A program made the position numbers and the translations under genes. The notes below the pieces were generated by a model that worked only from the letters and a program-made list of their open reading frames with translations, was not told the DNA's origin and made no database searches. Below, one piece after another: positions 1 through 9,872 of a stretch of DNA of 64,000 nucleotides. Source of the DNA: Candidatus Aegiribacteria sp. Its GTDB lineage: Bacteria > Fermentibacterota > Fermentibacteria > Fermentibacterales > JCC-6. Each line of letters begins with the position of its first letter. Position 1 is the stretch's first letter. The stretch is from NCBI GenBank assembly GCA_046498225.1, contig JAWOBF010000059.1:60617-124616 (forward strand), read 5' to 3'.

Positions 1-860
1 ATCCTTGTCACCGCCACGGAGGCCAGCTCGTCGGGAGAACCGGTGACGGGCTCCCTTATCAGGACGTCGGCCAGAGCCAGGTCCAGCACGTTGGTCCTGT
101 TCCGCATCAGCCTCCCCAGGTCTCCGTATACGAAGATACCGCTGAGCCTTCCATCGGTGTCAGTTGAGAAGCATACTCCCCTGTGGGCCGTCATTACGGC
201 TACGGCATCCGAAAGCGGCGCGGATTCTTCCATCACGGGAAGCGGGCCGGAGTCCATCAGGTCCGACACCCTGGTGAGAAGCTTCCTTCCCAGGATGCCT
301 CCGGGATGGAACTCCGCGAAATCCTCCGGGGAGAACTCCCTCACGCGAAGCAGCGCTATGGCCAGGGCGTCCCCCAGGGCCATCATGGAGGTTGTGCTTG
401 CGGTGGGCGCCAGGTCGTGGGGGCAGGCCTCCTTCATGCGGGGCAGGGGGAGTACCACGTCCGCGGCCCTGGAGAGGAGCGAACCCTCTCCTCCGGTCAG
501 CGCGACCACGGGTATGCCCAGCCTCTCAAAACATGGAAGCAGCTGGGCTATCTCACGGGTCTCACCGCTCTTTGACAGCACCAGGGCTGAATCGCCCTTC
601 TGAATAAGCCCCAGGTCTCCGTGTATCCCTTCGGAGGGATGGAGGAAGTAGGCGGGACTCCCGGTGCTGGTCATGGTTGCGGCTATCTTCCTGCCCACAT
701 GACCGGATTTGCCCATGCCGCATATCACTATCTTCCCGCGTGTCTCCGCCAGTATCCTCACGGCCCTGGAGAAACCTTCCGCGGCGAGTCTGGCGGTCTG
801 TCTTATCCATTCCGCCTCGATCTCCATCACCCTCAGGGCCTCTTCGTAGAGGTCATCCAT
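1..860 (-). CDS. kdsD: KpsF/GutQ family arabinose-5-phosphate isomerase (SIS + CBS), 3' end runs off the window
   Basis: Not in the ORF track. Manual minus-strand translation from ATG at 860 (MDDLYEEALRVMEIE...) gives APTASTTSMMALGDALAIALL...EDFAEFHPGGILGRKL, the KdsD signature. It follows kdsC. Confidence 0.9.
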   Translation of the reverse strand, partial: MDDLYEEALRVMEIEAEWIRQTARLAAEGFSRAVRILAETRGKIVICGMGKSGHVGRKIAATMTSTGSPAYFLHPSEGIHGDLGLIQKGDSALVLSKSGETREIAQLLPCFERLGIPVVALTGGEGSLLSRAADVVLPLPRMKEACPHDLAPTASTTSMMALGDALAIALLRVREFSPEDFAEFHPGGILGRKLLTRVSDLMDSGPLPVMEESAPLSDAVAVMTAHRGVCFSTDTDGRLSGIFVYGDLGRLMRNRTNVLDLALADVLIREPVTGSPDELASVAVTR

Positions 861-1335
861 TATCCAGTTCCTTCAGCAGCATGTCCACTACCTCCCTGAC
901 CGCGCCATTCCCTCCGGGTCTCTGCGTAACGATATCGCATTCATCCCTGACCCGGGGGTGGGCGTCGGAGGGACACGCTCCCACCCCGGCCTCCCTGATG
1001 GCGGGAAGGTCCATGAGACCGTCGCCCATGAAGAGTGCGCGTCCGCAGTCGATGGAAAGATGTCGGCATATCCTTCTCAGAGCCCCGGCCTTCTCCGAAC
1101 TGCCCAGGCAGAGGATGTCTATTCCCAGGTCCGCCGCCCTTCTCCTGGTGGCGGCAAAGTCCCTGAAAGATATAAGGGCAACCGGGAAGGACCTGCTTCG
1201 AAGTTCCACCAGCCCCGCGCCGTCGCTGGAGCTGAAGCGCTGGGTCACGCCCCCGGGCCCGTAGTGAAGAGCTCCGTCTGTGAGCACGCCGTCAACGTCC
1301 AGGGCCAGGAGCCTGATCCCCTGCAGGGACTTCAC
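853..1335 (-). CDS. kdsC: 3-deoxy-D-manno-octulosonate 8-phosphate phosphatase (HAD)
   Basis: LALDVDGVLTDG, MGDGLMDLP and GGNGAVREV motifs. The GTG start at 1335 overlaps the kdsA stop; the ORF-track N-terminal extension is spurious. Confidence 0.92.
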   Translation of the reverse strand: MKSLQGIRLLALDVDGVLTDGALHYGPGGVTQRFSSSDGAGLVELRSRSFPVALISFRDFAATRRRAADLGIDILCLGSSEKAGALRRICRHLSIDCGRALFMGDGLMDLPAIREAGVGACPSDAHPRVRDECDIVTQRPGGNGAVREVVDMLLKELDNG

Positions 1336-2141
1336 AATCCCTCCCAGTGGGCAAGCGCCCCCCTGACCATGGCCTGAAGGGTCGGGAGGTCCACCATGGT
1401 GGCCGAATCGCTCAGCGCCGCAGCCGGGTCCGGATGGGCCTCGATGAACAGCCCGTCCACTCCCCATGCGGCTCCGGCCCTGGCCAGCGCCGGAGCGTAA
1501 CGGCTCCGGCCACCGCTGCTGTCTCCCGCGGCCCCGGGAAGCTGAAGGGAATGTGTCACGTCCAGGATGACCACCGGGGATAATTCTCTCATCACCGACA
1601 GCGAGCGCATGTCCACCACCAGTTCGCCGTAGCCGAAGAAAGTGCCTCTCTCGGTGAGCCATGCTTCGGGACAGCCGGCGGACATCACCTTCTCCACCGC
1701 GCCTTTCATGTTCCCGGGAGCCATGAACTGCCCCTTCTTAATGTTCACCGGTCTTCCGGTGCCGCCGGCGGCCTCGAGTATGGATGTCTGGCGGCAGAGA
1801 AAGGCGGGAACCTGCAGGATGTCCGCCACCTCCCCCACGGGAACCGCCTGAAGCGCGCTGTGAATGTCGGTCATGACCCTTACGCCGAATCCGGCGGATA
1901 CCTTCTCCAGTATCCTCAGTCCCTCTTCCATGCCGGGTCCCCGGTAGCCTGCCGGGCTTGTCCTGTTGTCCTTGAGGAACGAGCCCTTGAATACCCACTC
2001 CACCGGATGGTCAAGGCTGCCCATGAGCTGAGAGGTAAAATCGGCCACCTTCATGGCCACCTCCTCCGATTCCAGGCTGCAGGGACCGACGATGAACAAC
2101 GGTTTACTGCAGGGATGTGAAATGATCCACCGCCCTTTCAA
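1332..2141 (-). CDS. kdsA: 3-deoxy-8-phosphooctulonate (KDO8P) synthase
   Basis: GPCSLES, KGSFLKDNRTS, LQVPAFLCRQT, NIKKGQF, TERG, DVTHSLQ and EAHPDP..ALSD motifs; kds operon context. Confidence 0.95.
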   Translation of the reverse strand: MKGRWIISHPCSKPLFIVGPCSLESEEVAMKVADFTSQLMGSLDHPVEWVFKGSFLKDNRTSPAGYRGPGMEEGLRILEKVSAGFGVRVMTDIHSALQAVPVGEVADILQVPAFLCRQTSILEAAGGTGRPVNIKKGQFMAPGNMKGAVEKVMSAGCPEAWLTERGTFFGYGELVVDMRSLSVMRELSPVVILDVTHSLQLPGAAGDSSGGRSRYAPALARAGAAWGVDGLFIEAHPDPAAALSDSATMVDLPTLQAMVRGALAHWEGL

Positions 2142-2832
2142 GGTCCTCCGGGGTGTCCACCCCTGTTCCGGGGAAGTCTCCCTCCACCACCATCATCCTT
2201 ACCCCCGACTCCAGCCAGGCCAGCTGTTCCAGGTCCTCGGTCCGCGAGAGGCGGGTGGAGCCGCAGGAAACGCATCTCTCAAGTGATTCCGGAGTGAAGG
2301 AGTACACACCCACGTGCTCCAGCAGCTGCTCCGCGCCGTGCGGTACCGGGTGCCTCGAGAAATAGAGGGCTTCCCCGTTTTCAGCCACCGCCACCTTCAC
2401 CATGTCGGGCGAACCCGCTTCGGCGGCGGGAACCCTTCGGGCCAGCGTCACCACGCGGTCGTCCCCGTGGGGAACCGAGAGCAGGGGAGCCAGCCAGCCG
2501 GGTCCCACCAGCGGCTCGTCCCCCTGGACGTTGATGATTATGCCGCCTGGACGGCCAACGGCGTCCCAGGCCATGAATACTCTCTCTGTGCCGGAATCGG
2601 CCCTGCCGGTCATCACCGCCCGGAACCCGGCCCCTTCCACCGTTTCCCTTATCCGTTCATCGTCCGTGGCCGCCATCACCATGTCCACGGATCCGGCCAC
2701 GCCGCGCAGCACCCTGAGGATCATGGGAACCCCAGCCACGTCCGCCAGGGGCTTGCCCGGCAGCCTGGTGGAGGAGAATCTGGCGGGCACTATCGCCAGT
2801 GTAGCGGTATGGCCGGTTATCGTCCCAGCCAT
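2104..2832 (-). CDS. kdsB: 3-deoxy-manno-octulosonate cytidylyltransferase
   Basis: IVPARFSSTRLPGKPL, SGTER, INVQGDEP, ALYFSR, EDLEQL and GVDTPEDL motifs. Confidence 0.95.
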   Translation of the reverse strand: MAGTITGHTATLAIVPARFSSTRLPGKPLADVAGVPMILRVLRGVAGSVDMVMAATDDERIRETVEGAGFRAVMTGRADSGTERVFMAWDAVGRPGGIIINVQGDEPLVGPGWLAPLLSVPHGDDRVVTLARRVPAAEAGSPDMVKVAVAENGEALYFSRHPVPHGAEQLLEHVGVYSFTPESLERCVSCGSTRLSRTEDLEQLAWLESGVRMMVVEGDFPGTGVDTPEDLERAVDHFTSLQ

Positions 2833-3920
2833 TTTTCACTGGCCCAGAGGGATACGCTCAGAACGGTCTCTTCCCGGAAGCTGTCCTGAAAATCCCTCCA
2901 GTAACTGTATCCTACGGCCAGGTCCAGTCCTGCGGTTCCCCGGTTGAACGAGTAACCCGCCCCGGCGGAGAGGGTTTGCGCCCCATCCCGCCAGAGGCCG
3001 TCCATGTAGCTGTAACCGCATCTCGGCTGAATACCTCCGCCGGCGTCCAGTTCGGCTCCCACCGAGTAGATGGTGCCTCCCTCCGTGCGGCTGCCCATTA
3101 CGTTCATGGCCTTCCTGCCGAAGATGTCCATTCCGACAAGCAGTTCCCCCACCGGCCTGAACGACAAGCCCGCAGAGACCTCACCGGGAATGGTGTAGAA
3201 GCTGCTGGTGCTGTCGGCGACCTCGGTAAGACTGAAGGCCCGCTCTACCCGCAGGGTTCCCTTCCTGTCCGTGGAGATGGACAGGCCCAGACCGAAACGG
3301 TCGGTATTGATGAGAAGGCCGGCCACCGCACCCCAGGCCATTCGGAAACGGGCGTCGTCCCTGTAGATTGAGTTGATGGGTATCGGTGGAACCGAATCGC
3401 GGGAAATGAGTTCGACGTCGGAGCGGATGTTTCCGAAGGTGCTCCGTCCCCCCAGAGACAGCCCCAGCCAGTCGCTTGCCCGGACCGAAGCGCCCGCGTA
3501 GGCCTCCGCCAGCCCGCCGGACCAGGTAAAGTTCCCGGTATGATCGCCGCCCGCATCAATGCCCTCCAGACCGGTGTCGATCCTGCTCCTGCCCTCGATG
3601 GCCCCGGTTATCACCACCCTTCCGGGAAGAGGTATCAGGGCGGCCACCATGGGGAAGCCCAGGCGGTTGTCCCAGGCAGCGTCATCGCTTTCACTGTACC
3701 TTCCGGTGAAAGCGACGCCCCCCTCCAGCGTCCAGGCGGAGGCGGCGGGATTGAGCATTGTGAAATCGCTGGAGTTGGGTATTCCGACGCAGACACCTCC
3801 CATACCCAGTGATCTGGTGTTTATCGCCAGTATCTCCGAGCCTATACCGTCGGGAGGCGGAAGGTAATCCACCGAGAATATTCCGGAAAGCGCCGCTATC
3901 AGACAGGAAAGAATGGTCAT
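2817..3920 (-). CDS. Outer-membrane beta-barrel protein, FadL/PorV-like
   Basis: N-terminal signal-like segment, RSLGMGG...NPAA plug motif, alternating hydrophobic beta-strands, aromatic C-terminal region. Confidence 0.6.
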   Translation of the reverse strand: MTILSCLIAALSGIFSVDYLPPPDGIGSEILAINTRSLGMGGVCVGIPNSSDFTMLNPAASAWTLEGGVAFTGRYSESDDAAWDNRLGFPMVAALIPLPGRVVITGAIEGRSRIDTGLEGIDAGGDHTGNFTWSGGLAEAYAGASVRASDWLGLSLGGRSTFGNIRSDVELISRDSVPPIPINSIYRDDARFRMAWGAVAGLLINTDRFGLGLSISTDRKGTLRVERAFSLTEVADSTSSFYTIPGEVSAGLSFRPVGELLVGMDIFGRKAMNVMGSRTEGGTIYSVGAELDAGGGIQPRCGYSYMDGLWRDGAQTLSAGAGYSFNRGTAGLDLAVGYSYWRDFQDSFREETVLSVSLWASEKWLGR

Positions 3921-3992
3921 ATGTTCCCCCGAGCTGTTCGTTTGTTGCCGTGCCCCCGGATGTATCCTGGAAAGCCGCCCCTTGTTCCAGGG

Positions 3993-5384
3993 TCAGAGTT
4001 CAAAGGATTCACCCCTGGAGGGAATGGAAGGCGCAATTCCAGTCCGCTCCTCTATTCTTCGGGAGAGGACGGTGCTCTGCTCCAGCTCACCATGGACAAG
4101 GAAGATGTTCTCCGCCTCGCCGGCGGTCTTCTCGGCGTAATCCACCAGGGCGTCGGAGTCGGCGTGGGCCGAGAAACCGTTTATCACTTCCACACCCGCG
4201 TTGACCTGGTACTCCTCGCCGAAGATCCTCACATCTTTCTCGCCCTCCAGAAGCCTTCTGCCAAGTGTATGCTCCGCCATGAACCCGACGATAAGGACCG
4301 AGTTCCTTTCGTCCTGGATGTTGTTCTTCAGGTGATGCAGTATCCTGCCGTTCTCGCACATTCCGGAGGCGGAGATGATGATCATGGGGCTTTCATCGTA
4401 ATTGAGGGACTTGGAGTCCTCCACGCCCTGGGTGAAATGCAGTCCCTCGAACTGGAAGGGGCTCATCTTGCTGTAGAGATACTCCCGCATTTGAGAGTCG
4501 AAGCATTCCTGATGGATCTTGTAGACCTCCGTGGCATCGAAGGAGAGGGGTGAATCGACGTATACCCTCATGGGAGGCATCTCATCCCTGGCCACCAGCT
4601 CGTGAATGTAGTAGAGGACCTCCTGGGTCCGTCCCACGCTGAAGGAGGGTATTATCAGCTTGCCGCCGGCGTCGAATGTCTTTCTTATTATGCCGCTGAA
4701 CTTCTGGAGCGCCTCCTCCCGCTTACCGTGATTCCTTCCACCGTAGGTGCTTTCCATTATCAGGATGTCGGCCCTGGGACTCATGTCGGGGTCCTTGAGT
4801 ATAGGTCTGCCCGGCCTGCCCAGGTCCCCGGAGAAGAGCAGGGTCCTGCTTGTTCCCTTCTCCCTCACCGTGAGTTCCACCTGGGCCGACCCCAGTATGT
4901 GGCCGGCCTCAACGAATCTGAGGGAGACTTCCGGGAACAGCTGGAATGACCTGTCGTAGGGGATGGACATGAAGTGCTTCAGTGTCTCCGTAACGTCTTC
5001 GGCGGTGTAGAGCGGTTTCAGGGGAGGAAGGTCCTTCCTGGCCCTTTTTTTGTTCAGGTACTCGATATCGTACTTCTGTATGTGCGCGCTGTCCGGCAGC
5101 ATTATCGCCGCGAGGTCACGGGTGGCGAAGGTGGAGGTAATCATACCCCCGAAACCCTTCTTCACCGCGGTGGGAAGGTTACCCGAATGATCGATGTGGG
5201 CATGCGACAGGACTATTGCGTCCAGCGTGGCTGGATCGAAGGGCATTTCCCGGTTCAGTTTCTCGCTCTCGTCCCTGTGGCCCTGATGAAGGCCGCAGTC
5301 CAGAAGTATCCTTCTGCCTCCTACCTCCAGCAGATGTTTCGACCCGGTAACCTCCCGGGCGGCTCCGTGGAATGTTATTTTCAT
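3993..5384 (-). CDS. MBL-fold metallo-hydrolase with beta-CASP/RMMBL domain (putative RNase)
   Basis: MKITFHGAAREVTGSKH, LDCG, SHAHIDHSG, AGHILGS, SGDLG, ESTYG and FSAHAD motifs. GGAGG RBS precedes the ATG at 5384. Confidence 0.9.
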   Translation of the reverse strand: MKITFHGAAREVTGSKHLLEVGGRRILLDCGLHQGHRDESEKLNREMPFDPATLDAIVLSHAHIDHSGNLPTAVKKGFGGMITSTFATRDLAAIMLPDSAHIQKYDIEYLNKKRARKDLPPLKPLYTAEDVTETLKHFMSIPYDRSFQLFPEVSLRFVEAGHILGSAQVELTVREKGTSRTLLFSGDLGRPGRPILKDPDMSPRADILIMESTYGGRNHGKREEALQKFSGIIRKTFDAGGKLIIPSFSVGRTQEVLYYIHELVARDEMPPMRVYVDSPLSFDATEVYKIHQECFDSQMREYLYSKMSPFQFEGLHFTQGVEDSKSLNYDESPMIIISASGMCENGRILHHLKNNIQDERNSVLIVGFMAEHTLGRRLLEGEKDVRIFGEEYQVNAGVEVINGFSAHADSDALVDYAEKTAGEAENIFLVHGELEQSTVLSRRIEERTGIAPSIPSRGESFEL

Positions 5385-5633
5385 GTAATACCTCCAAAGC
5401 CCGACTATGTTCACTGAGTTCTCATCGGGCAACCTCGGGTGGGTTCGGGGAACCCGCGGAACCGTATGGACGTTACATACTGCAGGAAGTATCTTTGCGG
5501 GGCGGACGTGTGCGGACAAGGCTTAAAGTTCTGTTAGCATAAATCGCAAGCTGCTGTTCCACAAATATATAACCCATGAATTCACGAAAGCAGGCTTTCT
5601 ACGGCCGGCAACACAATAAGAAGGGATGAATCA

Positions 5634-7352
5634 ATGAAATGTTCTTCTGCCCTACTTGGTTCGCTTCTGCTCGTTCTTCCGGGCCTGGTCCTGGGAGATA
5701 CTTCGATGGAGAGGATACTCACCTCCCTCGAGGCGGGGGAGATCAGCGCAATGGAAGCCGCCGGTCTCCTGGAGCAGAGCGTGTTCGATTACCACGGTCT
5801 GCCCTCGCGCTACACTGAAGGCGCCGAAGAGGTGCCCTGCGGCACTCCGGCCCTTGTGGAAGCCTGGCGTCTGGTGGGGGACGAAGACTCCCCCAAGGCC
5901 AACCGGCCGGTTCTCAGCGGACCCCATTACACCATCGACTCCCCCTCGGGCCACTTCAAGATCCACTGGACCGACTCCGGAGTGGACGCAACCAACCAGA
6001 CCTACGCCAACTCCATCGCCCTGGCCGCGGATTCCGCGTGGGCTGTCGGGTGCGACCAGATGGGCTTCTACCAGCCACCTCCCGACAACGGCGTGGGAGG
6101 GGACGACAAGTACGACATCTACGTGATATACATCTCCGGGTCCACTCTGGGCTACACTTCCCCCAGCGGTGAGTACCATCCCCCAGACTCGACCCAGGAC
6201 TGCACCGCCAGCCACATCGCCATGAACAACAACATTTCCGGCACCGGGCAGAGGGTCTGCACCGTGGCCCACGAGTTCAAGCACGCTGTGCAGTTCAGCT
6301 ACGACTACAACGAGCCCACCTGGTTCATGGAGAACTGCGCCGTATGGATGGAGGAGATCGTCTACCCCGACATCAACGATTATCTCGGCTACATAAGTTA
6401 CGGCGAGAACGCCCTCCGCACCCCCTGGATGGACATACGCTCAGGCTCCATGTACTGGTACGGAGCGTTCACCTGGCCCTGGATGATGTGGGACAGATGG
6501 GGCTACGAATCGGTACGCACCGTCTGGGAGAACTGCGCCGCGGAAAACGGCAACAACATGCTGGATGCCCACAGTGACATGTTCGCCGACCACGGCCTCA
6601 CCTTCAACGAGTTCTTCATGGATTACGGCGCCTGGAGATGGTTCACCGCGGGCAACTGGTTCTCCGGCTGCGGAATGTACAATCCGGAGTGCGCCCTCTG
6701 GAATCCCGGGCCGCGGGTTCTCGCCTTCCATGATTTCAGCGACCTTCCCGCCTCCGGCGATGAGGGACCCTACGAGCCCGATACCTGGGGGATCCACTGG
6801 ATACGCGTGGACCTTGCGGATTACCAGGACGACTGGGTGGAGATGTCCTTCAACGGCAGGGACGGTTTCGAATGGGGCCTGGGTGTCATAATGCAGGACC
6901 TCTCCGGCAGGCTCAGCTTCGAATGGTACGAGTGCGACCCCGCCACCGGCGACAAGACGGTTTCCGTGGGCGGCAGCGGATGGGATTACGCCATCTTCTT
7001 CCCCGCTTTCCTCGGAATGACGCCTCTGGACCACTACTACTCCTTCGATATCACCTCCACCACCGGCATGGAGGGTTCTCCGGAGGTAAGCGACCAGCTC
7101 AGCCTGGGCGTTTCGTCCAATCCCATGCCGGCCGGAGGGTCCGTCACCTTCCAGATGCCTGAAGCGGGCAGCGCCCAGCTCAAGGTCTACGACATGAGCG
7201 GCAGGGTGGCCGCCACCCTTCTGGACGACAACATTCAGGCCGGGACCCACACGGTCCAGCTCCAGGGAGCGGAACTTTCGAGCGGCACCTACTTCATAAT
7301 GCTGTTCGCCGACGGCAGGATGGCCGGACAGAAGATGGTCCTGACAAGGTAA
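5634..7352 (+). CDS. Secreted zinc metalloprotease (MXAN_6640-like) with T9SS type-A-like C-terminal domain
   Basis: Signal peptide; AHEFKH followed by WFMENCAVWMEE; C-terminal SSNP...LKVYDMSGR...LSSGTYF...KMVLTR. Confidence 0.75.
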   Translation: MKCSSALLGSLLLVLPGLVLGDTSMERILTSLEAGEISAMEAAGLLEQSVFDYHGLPSRYTEGAEEVPCGTPALVEAWRLVGDEDSPKANRPVLSGPHYTIDSPSGHFKIHWTDSGVDATNQTYANSIALAADSAWAVGCDQMGFYQPPPDNGVGGDDKYDIYVIYISGSTLGYTSPSGEYHPPDSTQDCTASHIAMNNNISGTGQRVCTVAHEFKHAVQFSYDYNEPTWFMENCAVWMEEIVYPDINDYLGYISYGENALRTPWMDIRSGSMYWYGAFTWPWMMWDRWGYESVRTVWENCAAENGNNMLDAHSDMFADHGLTFNEFFMDYGAWRWFTAGNWFSGCGMYNPECALWNPGPRVLAFHDFSDLPASGDEGPYEPDTWGIHWIRVDLADYQDDWVEMSFNGRDGFEWGLGVIMQDLSGRLSFEWYECDPATGDKTVSVGGSGWDYAIFFPAFLGMTPLDHYYSFDITSTTGMEGSPEVSDQLSLGVSSNPMPAGGSVTFQMPEAGSAQLKVYDMSGRVAATLLDDNIQAGTHTVQLQGAELSSGTYFIMLFADGRMAGQKMVLTR

Positions 7353-7379
7353 CGGGGCCCGGCAGCAGCTGGTAAGGAG

Positions 7380-7401
7380 CAGGGGCCCATCCGGGTCCCT
7401 G
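7380..7401 (+). terminator. Intergenic hairpin, possible terminator or processing stem
   Basis: CAGGGGCCC-ATCC-GGGTCCCTG between the two protease paralogs; weak U tail. Confidence 0.4.
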
Positions 7402-7439
7402 TTCCTGTATTGCACACCGCGGGACAAGGAGCATTCGAA

Positions 7440-9035
7440 ATGAGTTTGATAACGGCGGTATTGATGGCTCTTACGCCAGTCCTGTTGCCCCCCGCCTACG
7501 GAGATGTTCCCACGGAAAGCGGCCCCTGCGGAACGCCGGCGCTGATGGAAGCCTTCCGCCTCATCGGCCCTTCGGGTTACTCGTCCGCCAGCCGGCCGTC
7601 ACTGAGCGGCACCGAGCAGACTCTCGATTCTCCCGGGGGGAACTTCAAGATACACTGGACCGATTCAGGTTCCGACTCCACCACCAGCGGCTACGCCCTG
7701 AGCGTCGCCCTGGCGGCAGATTCCTCCTGGGCTGTACAGTGTGACCAGATGGGTTTCTTCGAGCCTCCCCCGGACAACGGAGTGGGAGGCGACGACCTCT
7801 ACGACATATACGTGGTCCACCTGACCGGAGGCGTCATAGGCTACGCCTCCTGCGCGGGAGAGTACCAGCCGCCGGACTCCACCCACGACTGCTCGGCCAG
7901 CCATATCGTCGTGCACAATGAAATAACGGACATCGGTCAGAGGAACTGCGTGGTGGCCCACGAGTTCCAGCACGCGGTTCAGGCCTCCTACGATTACGGC
8001 GAGGCCATCTGGTTCCTGGAGAACTGCGCCGTCTGGGTCACCGAGGTGGTCTACCCTGACGTGGACGATTACCTGGGATGCATAGCTTCCGGGGAGAACG
8101 CCCTCAGGACCCCCTGGCTGGACATACGGTCCTACTCCTACGGAGGATTCCCCTGGGTATGGATGATGTGGGACAGATGGGGCTACGAGTCTGTGCGGGA
8201 TATCTGGGAGTACTGCGCCGCCGAGCCGGGAAGGAACACTCTGGGCGCCCACGATTCCATGTTCGCCGACCGCGGCATGACCTTCGAGGAGTTCTTCATG
8301 GACTACGGCGTCTGGAGGTGGTTCACCGCCGCCAACTGGTACGACGGTTGCGGAATGTACTGCCAGGAGTCCTCCACATGGCTCCCCGGACCGAGGGTCC
8401 TGCCCTGGCACGAGATAAACGAACTTCCATTCACCGGGGACCAGACCCCCTACTTCCCGCCCGACCGTTACGGAATACACTGGATACGGGTGGACCTCGC
8501 CAACTACCAGGACGGCTGGATAGAGATGGACTTCGACGGCCGGGACGGTTTCCACTGGAACCTGGGAGTGATACTGCAGGACCTCTCCGGGGACCATTAC
8601 TTCCAGTGGCACCAGTGCGATCCGGTAACAGGGGACAAAACCGTCTCGGTCAATGCCGACGGATGGGACTACGCCGTCTTCTTCCCCGCCTTCATGGACC
8701 TGTCCTCTCTGGACCACCTCTACGAATTCACCGTGGACTGCACCAGCGGCATGGAGGGGTCTCCCGACCCGGGAGAGCGGCTGAGCCTCGACGTATCCTC
8801 CAATCCGCTCAGCGGCGCAGGAACCGTCGATCTCACACTTCCGGAAACCGGAATGGCGCGGCTGGAGGTTTACGACGTGACCGGACGGCTTGCCCGGACC
8901 CTCCTCCGCGAAGAGCTGGACGCCGGCTGCCATACGGTGCAGTTCGAGGACACCGGCCTGACCCCGGGCACCTATTTCGTGGTGCTGTCCGCCGGCGGAA
9001 GCTCGTTCTGCAGAAAGGTGGCTCTGGTCAGGTAG
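7440..9035 (+). CDS. Secreted zinc metalloprotease paralog (MXAN_6640-like) with T9SS type-A-like CTD
   Basis: AHEFQH and WFLENCAVW motifs; clearly collinear with 5634-7352; AAGGAG RBS before the ATG at 7440; CTD LEVYDVTGR...LTPGTYF...KVALVR. Confidence 0.75.
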   Translation: MSLITAVLMALTPVLLPPAYGDVPTESGPCGTPALMEAFRLIGPSGYSSASRPSLSGTEQTLDSPGGNFKIHWTDSGSDSTTSGYALSVALAADSSWAVQCDQMGFFEPPPDNGVGGDDLYDIYVVHLTGGVIGYASCAGEYQPPDSTHDCSASHIVVHNEITDIGQRNCVVAHEFQHAVQASYDYGEAIWFLENCAVWVTEVVYPDVDDYLGCIASGENALRTPWLDIRSYSYGGFPWVWMMWDRWGYESVRDIWEYCAAEPGRNTLGAHDSMFADRGMTFEEFFMDYGVWRWFTAANWYDGCGMYCQESSTWLPGPRVLPWHEINELPFTGDQTPYFPPDRYGIHWIRVDLANYQDGWIEMDFDGRDGFHWNLGVILQDLSGDHYFQWHQCDPVTGDKTVSVNADGWDYAVFFPAFMDLSSLDHLYEFTVDCTSGMEGSPDPGERLSLDVSSNPLSGAGTVDLTLPETGMARLEVYDVTGRLARTLLREELDAGCHTVQFEDTGLTPGTYFVVLSAGGSSFCRKVALVR

Positions 9036-9107
9036 GCCCTCTCCGGCGGTGCATTGGTTATATTCCCGCCTGGACCTCGAATGATCCAGCCACACTCCGG
9101 AGGAGAT

Positions 9108-9872
9108 ATGTCCAGAACGGTCTTCGCCATGGCGCTTATCATAACGGCAGGATGCGGAAGGGCTGAACAATCGGCGGAATCCGCTTCGCCGGCCCTTCCG
9201 CCACTTCTGATCATTCAGTTCAGGAACACGGAAGAATCCCCGGACCTTCCATGGGGAATATCCCGGGGAAGGAGCGATGTCTCCTCCTCCATGCTCATCG
9301 GACCGGCGGTAAAACCGCCTGCGTACGGTCCCGTGATCCGGGAGACGCTGGACATGGGAATGCTGCTGGCCATGGTGAGCGACAGCATTACTGACCTGGC
9401 CCCCGGCAGCGACGGCATTCTCATTCGGACCGATGACTCAGGAGCAGTCCGTGCTCTCCCCGGGGAGCTGATGGAGAGTTTGCCTGATTCCATGGAGCTG
9501 GACGTGACGAAGAACCATCAGCTCCTTCTGGAGCTGTGGGAGTTCTACAGACCCGATATGATACTCATTGACATCAGCGTGCCCGACCCGGCCCGGGTTC
9601 TCGAGCTGGCGGAGTTCTGGACCTCACCCGGCGTCCTGTCCAGTTATAGGGTGGTCCTGTACTCCCTCTCCCGGTCTCACTGCGGCAGGGGCTGGTTCGC
9701 GGCGGCGGGAAGAGGAATATGCGGGTCCACGCCCAGGGGAGTGACCGAGACCGGTCTCTTCGCCACCGTAAGGATGCTGGCCGGCCTGGACTGGTTCTCC
9801 GGCCTGCCCCGAAGCGTTCCCGCCATGTCGATCATGGAGGACCCGGATGAGGTCTGGAGGACGCTTCCATGA
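9108..9872 (+). CDS. Hypothetical lipoprotein
   Basis: GGAGGAG RBS and lipobox-like ITAG-C; stop overlaps the next start (ATGA). Confidence 0.6.
   Translation: MSRTVFAMALIITAGCGRAEQSAESASPALPPLLIIQFRNTEESPDLPWGISRGRSDVSSSMLIGPAVKPPAYGPVIRETLDMGMLLAMVSDSITDLAPGSDGILIRTDDSGAVRALPGELMESLPDSMELDVTKNHQLLLELWEFYRPDMILIDISVPDPARVLELAEFWTSPGVLSSYRVVLYSLSRSHCGRGWFAAAGRGICGSTPRGVTETGLFATVRMLAGLDWFSGLPRSVPAMSIMEDPDEVWRTLP

Noticed and set aside
43..603. Plus-strand ORFs at the window start
   Set aside because: Shadows of minus-strand kdsD, which the ORF track missed because it runs off the edge.
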